From: Archangiaceae bacterium | Lineage (GTDB): Bacteria; Myxococcota; Myxococcia; Myxococcales; Myxococcaceae | Assembly (NCBI GenBank): GCA_043750125.1 | Contig: JAYVCD010000380.1 | Location: forward strand, 1-24,592 | Length of the DNA: 24,592 nt | Direction: 5' to 3' | Part shown: one piece after another, positions 8,840 through 18,926 of the stretch | Layout of the letters: each line of letters starts with the position of its first letter | Numbering within the stretch: the stretch's first letter is position 1 | Position numbers and translations under genes: made by a program | The notes under the pieces: generated by a model | Seen by the model: only the letters and a program-made list of their open reading frames with translations | The model's database searches: none | Told to the model about the DNA's origin: nothing

Positions 8840-9570
8840 TTCAACCATCCGTGTTTCCAACCTTTGATTCCGATGAACGCCACCAGCGCAGACACTTCGA
8901 ATGCCGCAAGGACGCCCAGGGCTGCGGGTCGAAGTCCGTGACGTGCCCAGGACTCCCATGCAAGCAGCGCGACCAACCCGGTCATCCAGGCCATCGAAGG
9001 GTTGTGTTCCTTCTTCAGAGCCCTTCGCCAATCGAAGCTGCCGTCGCGAAGGGCCCCGGTGAAGGCCGCTGACAGTCGGGGTAACCAGCGCGGAACTTTC
9101 GCGCAATAATCGTCGAATGCGTGCACGAACCGCCCGCGCAGGAAGTCTTCTTCAGCGCGAATGATGAAGAAGTATTCGCCGAAGAAGAACCCCAGGCCGA
9201 CGAGATAGACGGAAGGGTCATTGGCGACGCAGAGCAGCCCGAGCACCAGCAGCAGGTTCGCCAGGTACAGCGGGTTGCGCACCCAGGCGTAGGGTCCGCG
9301 GGTGTTGAGGACGGTCGCTTCCAGCCGGTCGTTCTGACCGCTGGTGCCGTCGGGGACCCAGCCGGTGACGTAGAAGCGCAGCGCCTCGCCCAGGATTCCC
9401 AGGCCCACTCCGACCAGGTCGAGCAGCTCGTCGACCAGCGGGCCGCCCGGGCCTGGAACGCCGCGCGAGCGCCACAGCAGCCAGACGAGCAGTGCCACCA
9501 CCGGCAGCGGGGTGACCGAGCGGAACTTGAAGAGCACCCGGCCCAGGCGCAGGGTGGAAGAGGCGGTCAC
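8836..9570 (-). CDS. Isoprenylcysteine carboxyl methyltransferase (ICMT/PEMT) family membrane methyltransferase, LmtA-like
   Basis: Multiple TM helices, GTSG.N...A..LNTRGPYAWVRNPLYLAN, IIRAEEDFLRGRF and Y...VPRWLP. Confidence 0.85.
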   Translation of the reverse strand: MTASSTLRLGRVLFKFRSVTPLPVVALLVWLLWRSRGVPGPGGPLVDELLDLVGVGLGILGEALRFYVTGWVPDGTSGQNDRLEATVLNTRGPYAWVRNPLYLANLLLVLGLLCVANDPSVYLVGLGFFFGEYFFIIRAEEDFLRGRFVHAFDDYCAKVPRWLPRLSAAFTGALRDGSFDWRRALKKEHNPSMAWMTGLVALLAWESWARHGLRPAALGVLAAFEVSALVAFIGIKGWKHGWLK

Positions 9571-9666
9571 AGGGCCCGCGCCCTAGCACAAAGCGGGGTC
9601 GCCCCGCTCGAAGGCCATGGAACCACTGGGTGAATGGCAGGGGGGCCACCGGGCACTGAAGGATTG

Positions 9667-10308
9667 ATGCTCTCTGTAGACTCCAACGGTGCCGCAGCAG
9701 TACACGCCGCTCCCATGGCAGTTGCTGCGGAAGCCCCCGCACCCGCATCAGGAGATCTGCTCACCCGCGCCAAGGCGGGGGAACCGGCTGCGTTTCAACA
9801 GCTCTATGTGAAGCACCAGCGGCAGGTGGCCAGCCAACTGGCGTTCCTCGTTCCGCGCTCGGACCTGGAAGACACGCTGCAAGAGGTGTTCATCGAAGTC
9901 TTCCGGTCGATCAAGCGCTTCGAGGGCCGCAGCGCCTTCACCACCTGGCTGTACCGGGTCACGGTCCACGTCGCGATGAAGGCCCGCCGAAAGCAGACCC
10001 GCTCGCGCCTGGACATCGTCGAAGAGCTGCCCGACGTGGTGGACCCCGCGGCGGGTCCGGCCGAAGCCTCGCTGTCTGCCGAGCGACAGCTGCGGGTCGA
10101 AGCGCTGCTGGAAAATCTGTCGCCGAAGAAACGCGCGGTGCTGGTGATGCACGACCTGCGTGGAATGGAAGCGGCGAAGATCGCCGAAGTCCTCGACACC
10201 AACATTCTGACCGTGCGCACCCGCCTGTTCTACGCGCGGCGCGAATTCGAAAAGCTCGCGGCCGCCGATCCCGCGTTGTCCGAGTTCTTCACCGAGGCCC
10301 GCTCATGA
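9667..10308 (+). CDS. ECF (sigma-70 group 4) RNA polymerase sigma factor
   Basis: Region 2: EDTLQEVFIEVFRSIKRFEGRSAFTTWLYRVTVH. Region 4: LSPKKRAVLVMHDLRGMEAAKIAEVLDTNILTVRTRLFYARR. Start is uncertain (9634, 9667 or 9715); AAGGA precedes 9667. Confidence 0.93.
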   Translation: MLSVDSNGAAAVHAAPMAVAAEAPAPASGDLLTRAKAGEPAAFQQLYVKHQRQVASQLAFLVPRSDLEDTLQEVFIEVFRSIKRFEGRSAFTTWLYRVTVHVAMKARRKQTRSRLDIVEELPDVVDPAAGPAEASLSAERQLRVEALLENLSPKKRAVLVMHDLRGMEAAKIAEVLDTNILTVRTRLFYARREFEKLAAADPALSEFFTEARS

Positions 10309-11696
10309 GTCACCTGCCTTCCGAGCGGATCGAAGAGCTCGCTTCGTCCCAGGGTGCCGACGCGCACCTGGCCGGCTGCGCTGAGTGTCGCAAGGCCGTC
10401 GGCTCGGCGCGCGCGCGGCGGATGCTGCTGACGGGTCTGAAAGACGTGACGCTGACCGAGGCGGCCTTTCGGCGGGTCGAGGCCCGGCTGAGCAGCGAGG
10501 TGCAGGCTCCGGTTTCAGCGTGGGGACTGGTGTGGTCGCAGCTTCGAGTCAGCTGGTTGCTCGCCGCCGCGCTGGTGGGGCTGGTGGTGCTGTGGGTGGT
10601 CCCCAGCTCGACCCCGGCGGTCGTCCTACAGGCGCCGGTGACGAAAGCGATTGAGCCGAAGGTCATCGTCCGGCCCGACAACTCGGCGCAGTGGACGGCG
10701 ATGTTGGTCGAAGGAATCGTCCGCCGAAATGGGTCCGCGCTGGCCGCGGGCGAAGTCGTGCAGAAGTCCGACCGGCTCGACGCGCGAATGGGAAGGGTGG
10801 TGCTGGCCCAGGTCGGCGCCGAAGTTCAGCTCGAGCTGATCGGCGTCGCGAAGGTCGGCGGCACCGCGATGCTCAGCCTCGAGGAAGGAACGCTGGCGGT
10901 GGAGGCCCGGCCCGAGGTGTGGGTGGAAGCCGGAGGCGCCTGGGTCGTCGGCTCGGACGCCGCGTTCGTGGTGTCGCGCGCGGCCGCCGAGGTGATGGTC
11001 GAGGTGCTTCGGGGCAATGCGCGGGTCGGCTCGGACGGGGAGCTGCGCGACTCGGTGGCGCTCGTCGCTCCGCAGCGCTTGAAGCTGGGACTGCCGATCA
11101 AGCCCCCGTTCTCGCAAGTCGACCGCGCTGCTGAACCGTACCCGTTCTCGACGCTGCCCAAGCAGCCCTGGGCGCGGCTGGACGTGACGGATTTGCCGAC
11201 CGGGAGCACGTTCGATGTCGACGGGCGCCACCTGGGAACCCCGACCTCGCTGATGCTCACCGAGGGCCGCCACCGGGTGATGGCGCAGGTGCCGGGGCAG
11301 GGGAGCAAAGAGACCTGGGTGCAGCTGGTCTCGGGCCGCAACACTCTGCTGAAGCTTCCGCCCAGAAACCTCGGGCTGCAGAAAGACGAGCCGGCTCCGT
11401 CGCAGGACGCGATCGCCGAGCTGCAGAACGCGCTCAAGGATCAGCGGCCGAAGCTTCGGGCCTGCTACGAGAAATGGCTCAAGGGGAACCCGGTCGCGAT
11501 GGGCGATGTGACCCTCACGCTGTCGGTGTCGGCGAACGGAAAAGTGCTTGGGGCGCGGGTCGATGACGCGACGATTCCAGCCGAATCGGTCGACTGCCTG
11601 GTTCGCACCGGACTGCGGCTGGTGCTGCCTCCGCTGGGAAGTGAGCAGGAAATCGAGGTCCCGCTTTCCTTCACCCAGGGCAATCCGCGGCCCTGA
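10305..11696 (+). CDS. Anti-sigma factor: zf-HC2 zinc motif, TM helix, FecR-like and PEGA-like regions, AgmX/PglI-type (TonB_C-like) C-terminal domain
   Basis: ATGA-coupled to the sigma gene. HLAGCAEC (HxxxCxxC); TM WLLAAALVGLVVLWVV; LEEGTLAVE and VEVLRG.ARV (FecR-like); FDVDGRHLGTPTSLMLTEGRHRV (PEGA-like); LRACYE..L..NP...G.V.L.L.V..NGKV...DCL.....L.LP (AgmX/PglI-C). Confidence 0.8.
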   Translation: MSHLPSERIEELASSQGADAHLAGCAECRKAVGSARARRMLLTGLKDVTLTEAAFRRVEARLSSEVQAPVSAWGLVWSQLRVSWLLAAALVGLVVLWVVPSSTPAVVLQAPVTKAIEPKVIVRPDNSAQWTAMLVEGIVRRNGSALAAGEVVQKSDRLDARMGRVVLAQVGAEVQLELIGVAKVGGTAMLSLEEGTLAVEARPEVWVEAGGAWVVGSDAAFVVSRAAAEVMVEVLRGNARVGSDGELRDSVALVAPQRLKLGLPIKPPFSQVDRAAEPYPFSTLPKQPWARLDVTDLPTGSTFDVDGRHLGTPTSLMLTEGRHRVMAQVPGQGSKETWVQLVSGRNTLLKLPPRNLGLQKDEPAPSQDAIAELQNALKDQRPKLRACYEKWLKGNPVAMGDVTLTLSVSANGKVLGARVDDATIPAESVDCLVRTGLRLVLPPLGSEQEIEVPLSFTQGNPRP

Positions 11697-11708
11697 TATC
11701 GGGCGCAA

Positions 11709-12038
11709 ATGAAAATCCAGAACGTTCCGTTTCACACCACCGATTGGTCGACGGTGCCGGCGAGCGAGCACCCGGGCGAAGTGGGAACCGCCACCTGGCG
11801 AACGATCGAGCTGGGCAACATCCGGGTGCGGCAGGTCGACTACTCGCCCGGGTACGTAGCGGACCACTGGTGCGAGCGGGGCCATGTGCTGTTGGTTCTC
11901 TCAGGCGAGCTCATCACCGAGCTGCGCGACGGCCGACGCTTCGTCCTCCCTGCCGGACACAGCTACCAGGTCGCTGACGCCGATGGGGCGCACAGGTCGG
12001 TGAGCCCCCGCGGAGCCCGGCTGTTCGTCGTCGATTGA
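11709..12038 (+). CDS. DHCW-motif cupin-fold protein
   Basis: PF.TTDW, HPGE.G.A.WR, IRVR.V.YSPGYVADHWCERGH, GELITEL.DGR, SYQVAD, HRS, LFVVD. Confidence 0.92.
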   Translation: MKIQNVPFHTTDWSTVPASEHPGEVGTATWRTIELGNIRVRQVDYSPGYVADHWCERGHVLLVLSGELITELRDGRRFVLPAGHSYQVADADGAHRSVSPRGARLFVVD

Positions 12039-12123
12039 CTGCGCAGCTTCGCGCAGCCCGTTTGTCGCACCTGACCCTTCAACGAGTTGAACGCGGGCAT
12101 GCGAGCTGAAGTGTAGTGGGTGC

Positions 12124-15100
12124 ATGTACTGCGAGCCCTGTCGGGTCGAGCGGTTGGGAACAGCGCGATTCTGCGTCATCTGTGGAAGCACGCTGCTGCA
12201 GCGGCCGAGGGAACAAATCGAAGCCGACCTGGCGCGGGTGCGCTGGTTGCTCGCCGAGCTACCCGAATGGGACGCGAGCCTGGTCGCCGCTCGGCCCCGG
12301 CAGTACGTGATCGAGCGGTACCGGCAGCGCGAGAAGGTCCTGCTCTGGGCGCTCGCGGCGGATGAACCGGCCCCAACAGCAGTGGCCCCGCCCTCGCCGA
12401 CCCCCGCGGTGCCGCACGTCGCCGCCGCAATGCCGCCCCCTGTCCGTGCACCGCCGCCCCCCGTCGCTGCTCCGTCGTCCCAAACCGCAGAGCCCTCCCG
12501 TTCATCCGCAGAGCCCTCCCGTTCATCCCGAGAGCAGTCGAGGGAAGAAGCCTCTCGAGCCGCAGGGCCGGGGCCGTTGCTCGAGGTCGAGCTCGAGGCG
12601 CCTTCCCTCGAAGACCGGGTGGTCCTCGAAGCCTCGAGCTGGAGCCGAATCTGGAAGCCCTTCCTCAACCAGAGCATCGGCTGGTTCATCGGCGCGTTCC
12701 TGATTCTCTCGGGCACGTTCTACCTGGTGTCCGACTCGTGGTCGGGGCTGACATCGACCCTGCGTGCGCTGGTCGTCTTCGGGCTGGCGGCGGGGTGGAC
12801 GCTCGGCTTCTCTGCGTGGGCCCAGTTCCTCTGGCGTCGCGAGGCGACGCGCGGAGCGGCCCGGGTGCTGAAGCTGATTGGCGCCGCGATGGCCCCTCTG
12901 GCTCCCTTTGCGGTGGGGCCGGTGGCGAAGGACTCCCCGCTGTTGGTGACGGCGCTGGTGCTGGCGTGGAGCGCCGTCGCCGCCGTGCTCGCCCTGGGAG
13001 TGACCCGAGATCTGCAAAAGGTCGGGCTGCGAAATGTCCCGCTGGCGATGGCGGCGTGTGCGGCAATGATGGGCCTCGCCCCGATGATCGTCGGGTTTCA
13101 CGGCGCTGCGCTGTGGCTGATGGTGATTCCCGTCGGTCTGCTCTGGGCCAATTCGCGCAGTGGAGCGGGGCTCACGGAACGAACGCGCGGCTGTTCGCCT
13201 TCCTCGCTCCGCTCTACCTGGCGGCGATCTTCGCAACCCGGCTGCATTACGCGCTGATCGCCGACGCGCTCAACTGGGGCACCTGGGCCCCGTTTCTCGC
13301 GCTCTGTCTGACGGCGGCGCTCGAGCTGCGAGCTCCGCTGGGCCCGGACGGTCGGCCCCACTGGGAACGCGCCGCTGATCCGATTGCGATTCTGATTGTC
13401 GGCGGGCAGCTGGGCTTGATGGCCTGGGCCCTGCTCGGAGCGGCTCGGCCTTCTTCGTCACCAGTGTGATCGGCGCGCACACCTGCTTTCGCCTGCTTCG
13501 GGGCAGCAGCTCGCCCCGCGCCGCGCGATGGATCTACGCCCTCTACTTCTTCACCTGTTTCGCCTGGCAGACCTGCGGCCAGTTGATCCCCGGTGCGATT
13601 AAAGAGCTCATCCAGCAGCTCAAGACCAGCCTGGGCTACCCGCCTCAGGGCGCGCTGCCGTTCGCCTACAACGCGATCTACGCCGCGCTGTTCGTCATCG
13701 CCGGCGCGCTGCTGGCGGTGAAGTGGCTCAAGGGCAATCAGCGCGCGTGGGCCGAGCCGCTGCTGCGCTGTACGTGGATCACCAGCGCGCTGACCGTCGC
13801 GCTCGCCGTTTCCTCGCTCGGCACCGACACCCGGCCGGCGATGATCAGCGTCCCGTTGCTGATGGCGCTGTGCCTTGGGTTGGGCTTGTGGCTCGATCGC
13901 CCGGCGTTCACCCGCACCGGCTCGGCCCTGGCAATCGCGTTTGCCGCGACGCTGATGGCGTGGACGGGCCCCGAGGCGGGCGCGCTTCCGGTGGCGATCC
14001 TCGCGCTGCTGTTGGCGGGAGTGTCGATCTTCTCCCTCGAGTCGCACCGGGTGCCCTTGTCGTGGGCCGGCTACAGCCTCGTCGCGTTCGCGGTCGGCCT
14101 GGCGTGGGTGATGCCGGGAAACGCGGGGCAGGTGTTGGCGCTGGGAATCGCGTTCGCCGCCGCCTGGCTCATCGGCCGAAACGTCGACCTTCCGCTCGCG
14201 CAAGATGCTTCGTGGGTCATCCCCGCGATTGTCGTCGCGCGGGCGATGGCGCTGTGGGCGCCGACGTATGCCGCGCCGGCAATTGCACTCACCGCGCTGG
14301 TCCTGGCGCTGCTGGCCCGGAGCAAAGGACGGCTGCGTCACGCGGAAGCGGCGTCGGCGTTGGCGGCGCTGGTGGGCCCGGTGTGGCAAGGGGTCAGCCA
14401 GCTGTCGACCGGCGCACCGGTCTGGCTCGGAGCCGTGCTGCTCACTTCCGCCGCCGCGCTGGCGGTGGGAGCTCGCCGCACCAGGCCTGAGCCGACCGCC
14501 GACTGGCGCGACGCACTGGCAATGGTTTTCGGAACGCTGGCGCTCTTGCCGGTCATTCCGGAATTTCAAACGTGGACCGCCTGGACCCCCGAGTCGGCGG
14601 CATTCGCGTACGCGGCGCTGGGCCTGACCGCTTCGATCTGGGCCGCCCGCTTCGGTCGCAGTTGGCGCCCGGCGTTGCTGGCGACGCTCAGCATTCTGTT
14701 CGCCACGGGGGTCTGCCTTTACGCGCAGGACACTCACGCCTCTCCTGAATGGGTGGCGGCCATTTGTGCAGTCGGCGTGCTGCTGACGATGCGGGCCCTG
14801 CTGCCGTCAATCTCGGTGCCGATCGCCACGGTGTTCGCGCTGCGGGCCACGGACGGAAACCACACCGCGCTGCTGGCCCTCGCGGTCGGGCTGTCGGTGC
14901 TCGCGCTGTTCGAAGACCTGGACTTCACCTGGACCAGCATCCTCGGCAACCGCTCGGTCGCGTGGGCGGCGAGCCTCTCGTCGTTGGTCGTGCTGGGCCT
15001 GCTCGTCGTCCCGCTCAGGTTCTTCATCTTGCTGCGGTTCTCGGCCCCGTACGACGGACACCTGCAGCCCTACCTGATCATCGCGGCGGTGCTCCCCTTG

Positions 15101-17449
15101 TTGTGGGTGCGCGCGACCCGCTCAGGGATCCTCGCAATCGCCCTGGCTCCCCTGGTCCTGGTGGCCGGAGATCCCTGGATTGTCGCGGGCGTGCTGATCG
15201 CGCTGACGCACGGAGTGGAACGGGTGGCCCCGCTGCGCTCACTGCTCTTCGGGGCAAAAGATGCGCAGCGCCTGAGGTCCCAATTCGCGCCCTGGGTCCT
15301 GGGCGGAGCGGCGATCATCGGCGCGCTGTCGGTGCTGGAAGGCGGCTTGGGTTTGCCCTGGGCGCTGTTGATGCTGCTGGCCGCCAGCGAGCTGCTCGCG
15401 TTCCGCTTCGTCGCCGCGGCGCTGTTCTCGGTGTCCGCCCACGGGCTGGCGCAGATTCTCACCCCGGTGCTGATCGGCCTCGCCTTCCTCGAGCGCTTCA
15501 TTCCGGGGCTCGTCTCGAAAGTGCTCGGCGCGAAACCGCACCCCCACACGGTCCCCGCGGCCGTCCTCTCGGCGATCGCTCTGGCGGGCTTCGTTGCGGC
15601 CAGCGCCCCGGCCGACCCCACGTCTTCGGCCTGGCTGCTCGCCGCGACGCTGGCGGCCGGCGCAGTGCTGCTCAACCAGCGCTGGCTCGTTGCCGCCGCG
15701 GTGGTCGCTGCGGCCTGTCAAATCTCTCGTCCCGGGCTGCTTGCGCACTGCGGGTGGGTCGCCTTCGGTGCCGCCGCGCTCGCCGCGATGCTCAGAATCG
15801 AGTCGCTGCGCGAGCGGGTTCGGGCGACGTTTGCCCGGCTGAATTGTCCGCTCGATGGGGACTTCGGCTCTGCCTTCTGGTTGGGCTCGGCGATCGTGGC
15901 GTCCACCGCGCTGCTGGTGGCGGGCCCGCATTCCGCGTTGCTCGCGCCGCTGTTGGCGACCGGCGCGCTGCTGCTGCTCACTGCGCATCAGACCGAAGTC
16001 ATCGCCGCGGCGGTGCTCGCAACGGCGCTGGTATTCGTGCTCATTCCCCTGCCCGAAGGGGCAGCGGTGCTGGGATCGATCGGCTTCACCCTCTGTCTGG
16101 GCGGCGCCCTGCTCGAAGGTCGACACCGCTCGGCGTTGACCTGGCATCACGCGGGTTGGGCGCTGTCCGGGCTCGCGCTCGCAGGAGCCCACTCGCTTCA
16201 TCACCCTGCGACCGTGATCGCCTGGGGCTTTGCTGCCGGTTGTGCGGTGGTGATGGCCCACCGCAATCCGGCGCTCGAGTGGGTCCGGTGGTTGGGGCTG
16301 ATTGCTGCGGCGCACGTCGGCCTGTTCTACCTGGGCCTCGCGCTGGCGACTGGAGCGCCGCGCGAGCTGATCTTGCCGTGGGTCGCGAGCGCGTCGTTGA
16401 TTCTGGGAACCGTCGCGCTTCGAGGGGCGAAGTCGAGCCAGCGGGTGACGCAGCGGTTGGCCTCGGCGAACGGTCTGTTCTGCCTGGGCATGTTCGAGCT
16501 TTGCCTCGGGCTGATGACGCTCAACGGCGGACACAGCCGCGAAGCCGGGGTCGCGCTGTTGGCCGTGGGGCTCGCCGTCTGGGCGCTGGGCTCGCGGGTC
16601 CTGGAGGAAGACGACGCGCTCTGTGCCGCATTCGTCGGGCTGTTGCTTCCCCTGGGCTTCGTCGCCATTCGCCGTCTGGCTTTTGGCGCCGGGCCCGACG
16701 CGGTCGAGTCGCTGGTCGCGCTGGTGGCAGGCGCGGGGGTCGCAGGGCTCGCGCGCGCACTCGACGGGCGGAGCCTGAAAAAATCGGCCCTCGTCGCGCG
16801 CTCGTTCGCGTTCTGGTGGCCGCTGGCGGGGTTGGTCGCGGCTCCCTGGAATACGCCGTGGACGTTGTGCCTGTTGCTGCTCGCCCAGTCGGCGCACTTC
16901 GCCGTAGTGGCTCGCCTGGGCGCGATGAAGCGCCCGGCAGCGTTGCTGTCTACCGTCGCCTTCAACGCCGCGATGGTGTTCGCCTTCGTCGCCGCCGGGT
17001 CCCACAGCGCCGAGTACCTGTTGATTCCGTTCGGGCTTTCGTTGCTGGTGCTGCTGAAGGTCTTCGAAGCCGACCTGGCGGAAAGCTCCCGAACCCAGCT
17101 GCGTGCGATCGCGGTGACGCTCGTCTACGGAGCGGCAGCGTTCCGCCCGCTGACCTTCGATACGACCTTCGCCCTGTGGGTCTGCGTCGCCCTCTGCGTC
17201 GCCGGCGTCGCGTTGGGAATCGTCCTTCGGGTTCGCAGCTACGTGTACCTGGGTACCGCCTTCATGATCACCACCCTGGTCGCGAACCTGGTCCGCTACG
17301 GGGTGCGGGAGCCGCGCATGGGCGCGCTGTTCCTCTCGGGCCTGGGCCTGGCCGTCGTCGGCTTCATGGTGTTGGTCACCACCCGCCGCACCGAGCTCGT
17401 CGCGCGGTACCAGCGGGCTCGGGCGATGCTGCAAAACTGGGAAGGGTAG
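12124..17449 (+). CDS. Very large polytopic membrane protein (~1775 aa when restored) with an N-terminal zinc ribbon, interrupted by two one-base frameshifts (~13190 and ~13447)
   Basis: Starts with CEPC...CVIC and a Pro-rich linker, then W..IWKPFLNQSIGWFIGAFLILSGTFY. Hydrophobic coding runs through the frame of 12124, then the frame of ORF 12738-13469 (LFAFLAPLYLAAIF...), then the frame of ORF 13466-17449 (AFFVTSVIG...). Each switch is one missing base. Dozens of TM segments, ending R..LQNWEG. Confidence 0.8.
12485..12545 (+). repeat. Intragenic REP-like copy with a 21-bp tandem duplication
   Basis: CCGCAGAGCCCTCCCGTTCAT occurs at 12485-12505 and 12506-12526. TCCCGTTCATCCCGAGAGCAGTCGAGGGA at 12517-12545 is 27/29 identical to the reverse complement of 6506-6534. 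Confidence 0.85.
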
Positions 17450-17556
17450 CTGCGGACCGCAGACGGTGCATGGGGCGCGCGCCTGAGGCAGCAAGCCCCG
17501 CACCCTGAAATTTGGTTGTTGAAGGGTCTGAGTTCGCAGATGTATTGCGGTGCCTC

Positions 17557-18804
17557 ATGGGCTCCGATTCCAAGCTTCTTGTTGCGAATGACGCCTCGGT
17601 CCGCGAGGTGCTTCGTCGACTGAAGATAAAGGTCGAGTCCTATGGCGACGAATGGTTGTTGCTACCCTCACTCAACGCCATCGCGCTTTCGAAAGAGTTG
17701 GGGAAGCTCCCCACCCGGCCGCTCCTCGTTCAATGGTCGATTCAAACTTCGGTAGATCAGATCTGGATCAGCTGTTTTGAGAAGGGGCGAGAGGTGCGCA
17801 CTCTTCTCTATTCCGAAGGGGCCTGGACCATTCGCTTTGGAAAATCGCTACCGTTTGAAGATCAGCCGCGGCTGAAGAAATGGCTCACCAAGCGCAGGCT
17901 GCTTGCTTCTTCTGATGGCTACGAGGTCCTCAATGCCTTCCTGGGGATGACGCAAGCACCGGAGGACGACCAGAACGACGAACTGCCTCACCTGAAGGAA
18001 GAACTGTCTCAGCTGAAGGCAGACGTCTCAACAGCACTCGATCAGCTTGCCAGGAAGACCAGGCGCGAAAGCGTGTACGGCGTCGCCGCTCAATTGGGTG
18101 AACAGGGCCGAATCGTCCTCCGCGCAGGCACCGAGACGGGTCTGAAGGCGGCAGTAGCGGCAGAGGCCAAACGATCGGTGTTGTTGCGAAAGAGCCCTTT
18201 GGCCAAACAGCTCGGCCTGCGTTGGCGCATTCGGCATTGGCGGTTTGCGGCATCCCTCGGTCGTTCGAAACTTCCTTATCTGGAGGAGCTGCTCCTCGAT
18301 CGGATTTCATTCGGCGATGAGGTGCGAAGGCGCTTCGGCGTCGAGACGGCGGTCGGGTTTTGCCGGGCCAAGTGGAAAAACCAAACAATTGGTGGCTACG
18401 AGAAGTTCTCAAACGCTCGAGTCGTCAAACGACTTTTGCGTGAGATCCGGGATAGCGGTGTTCAGGCGAAGAAGGCTCTGGCTGAACTCAGTGCCAAGGA
18501 TGCATTTCGAGCCTACGGCGAACGTGTCGAGGTGTTCTCCATGCTTGAGGAATTCCGACAGGACGCCACCGAGTTTTTCGTGGCCCATCCAGTTGCGTTT
18601 GCGCCGTTCATCATTGATGCCCTCGAGCGGGATTTCAAAAGGCATGAGGGCCTGACTTTGGCTTTCACGTTCCGCAACGCTCGCACCCTCAAGCGCGACC
18701 AAAACCTTGTCGCTCGATTGGAGAGGCTCTCTGCACGCCACGGTGGGTTCAACACCTTCAACCCATTTTTGGACGTTTTGGCCAACTTCGGGCGGCAGGC
18801 CTGA
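17557..18804 (+). CDS. Hypothetical lower-GC orphan protein; central part weakly resembles DUF4303
   Basis: 415-aa open frame from ATG 17557 (alternative TTG 17512) with many A/T-ending codons. ESVYGVA...AGTE.GL...LRW...HW is reminiscent of DUF4303 (weak). Confidence 0.7.
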   Translation: MGSDSKLLVANDASVREVLRRLKIKVESYGDEWLLLPSLNAIALSKELGKLPTRPLLVQWSIQTSVDQIWISCFEKGREVRTLLYSEGAWTIRFGKSLPFEDQPRLKKWLTKRRLLASSDGYEVLNAFLGMTQAPEDDQNDELPHLKEELSQLKADVSTALDQLARKTRRESVYGVAAQLGEQGRIVLRAGTETGLKAAVAAEAKRSVLLRKSPLAKQLGLRWRIRHWRFAASLGRSKLPYLEELLLDRISFGDEVRRRFGVETAVGFCRAKWKNQTIGGYEKFSNARVVKRLLREIRDSGVQAKKALAELSAKDAFRAYGERVEVFSMLEEFRQDATEFFVAHPVAFAPFIIDALERDFKRHEGLTLAFTFRNARTLKRDQNLVARLERLSARHGGFNTFNPFLDVLANFGRQA

Positions 18805-18860
18805 GCGACGCTCCCGTCAAACCGAGCGCTCGCCTTGTCGCCCAGCAAGAGTAAGCGCCA

Positions 18861-18882
18861 CTCGACTGCCGGCCGAGTCGAG
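18861..18882. terminator. Hairpin between convergent genes, possible terminator or decayed REP
   Basis: CTCGACT-gccggccg-AGTCGAG forms a 7-bp stem. There is no U-tract. The left arm CTCGACTGC matches the REP core. Confidence 0.3.
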
Positions 18883-18926
18883 CAGATTCCCCCGTCGCAC
18901 TTCGAGTCTCTGCAGGCCCATCGCAG

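Noticed and set aside
9619-9650. GGAACC as an ECF autoregulatory -35 element
   Set aside because: No recognisable -10 element at 16-17 bp spacing, so it cannot be supported from sequence alone.
14749-17508. 919-aa same-strand alternative-frame ORF
   Set aside because: Arg/Gly/Ala-rich off-frame translation of the membrane protein gene.
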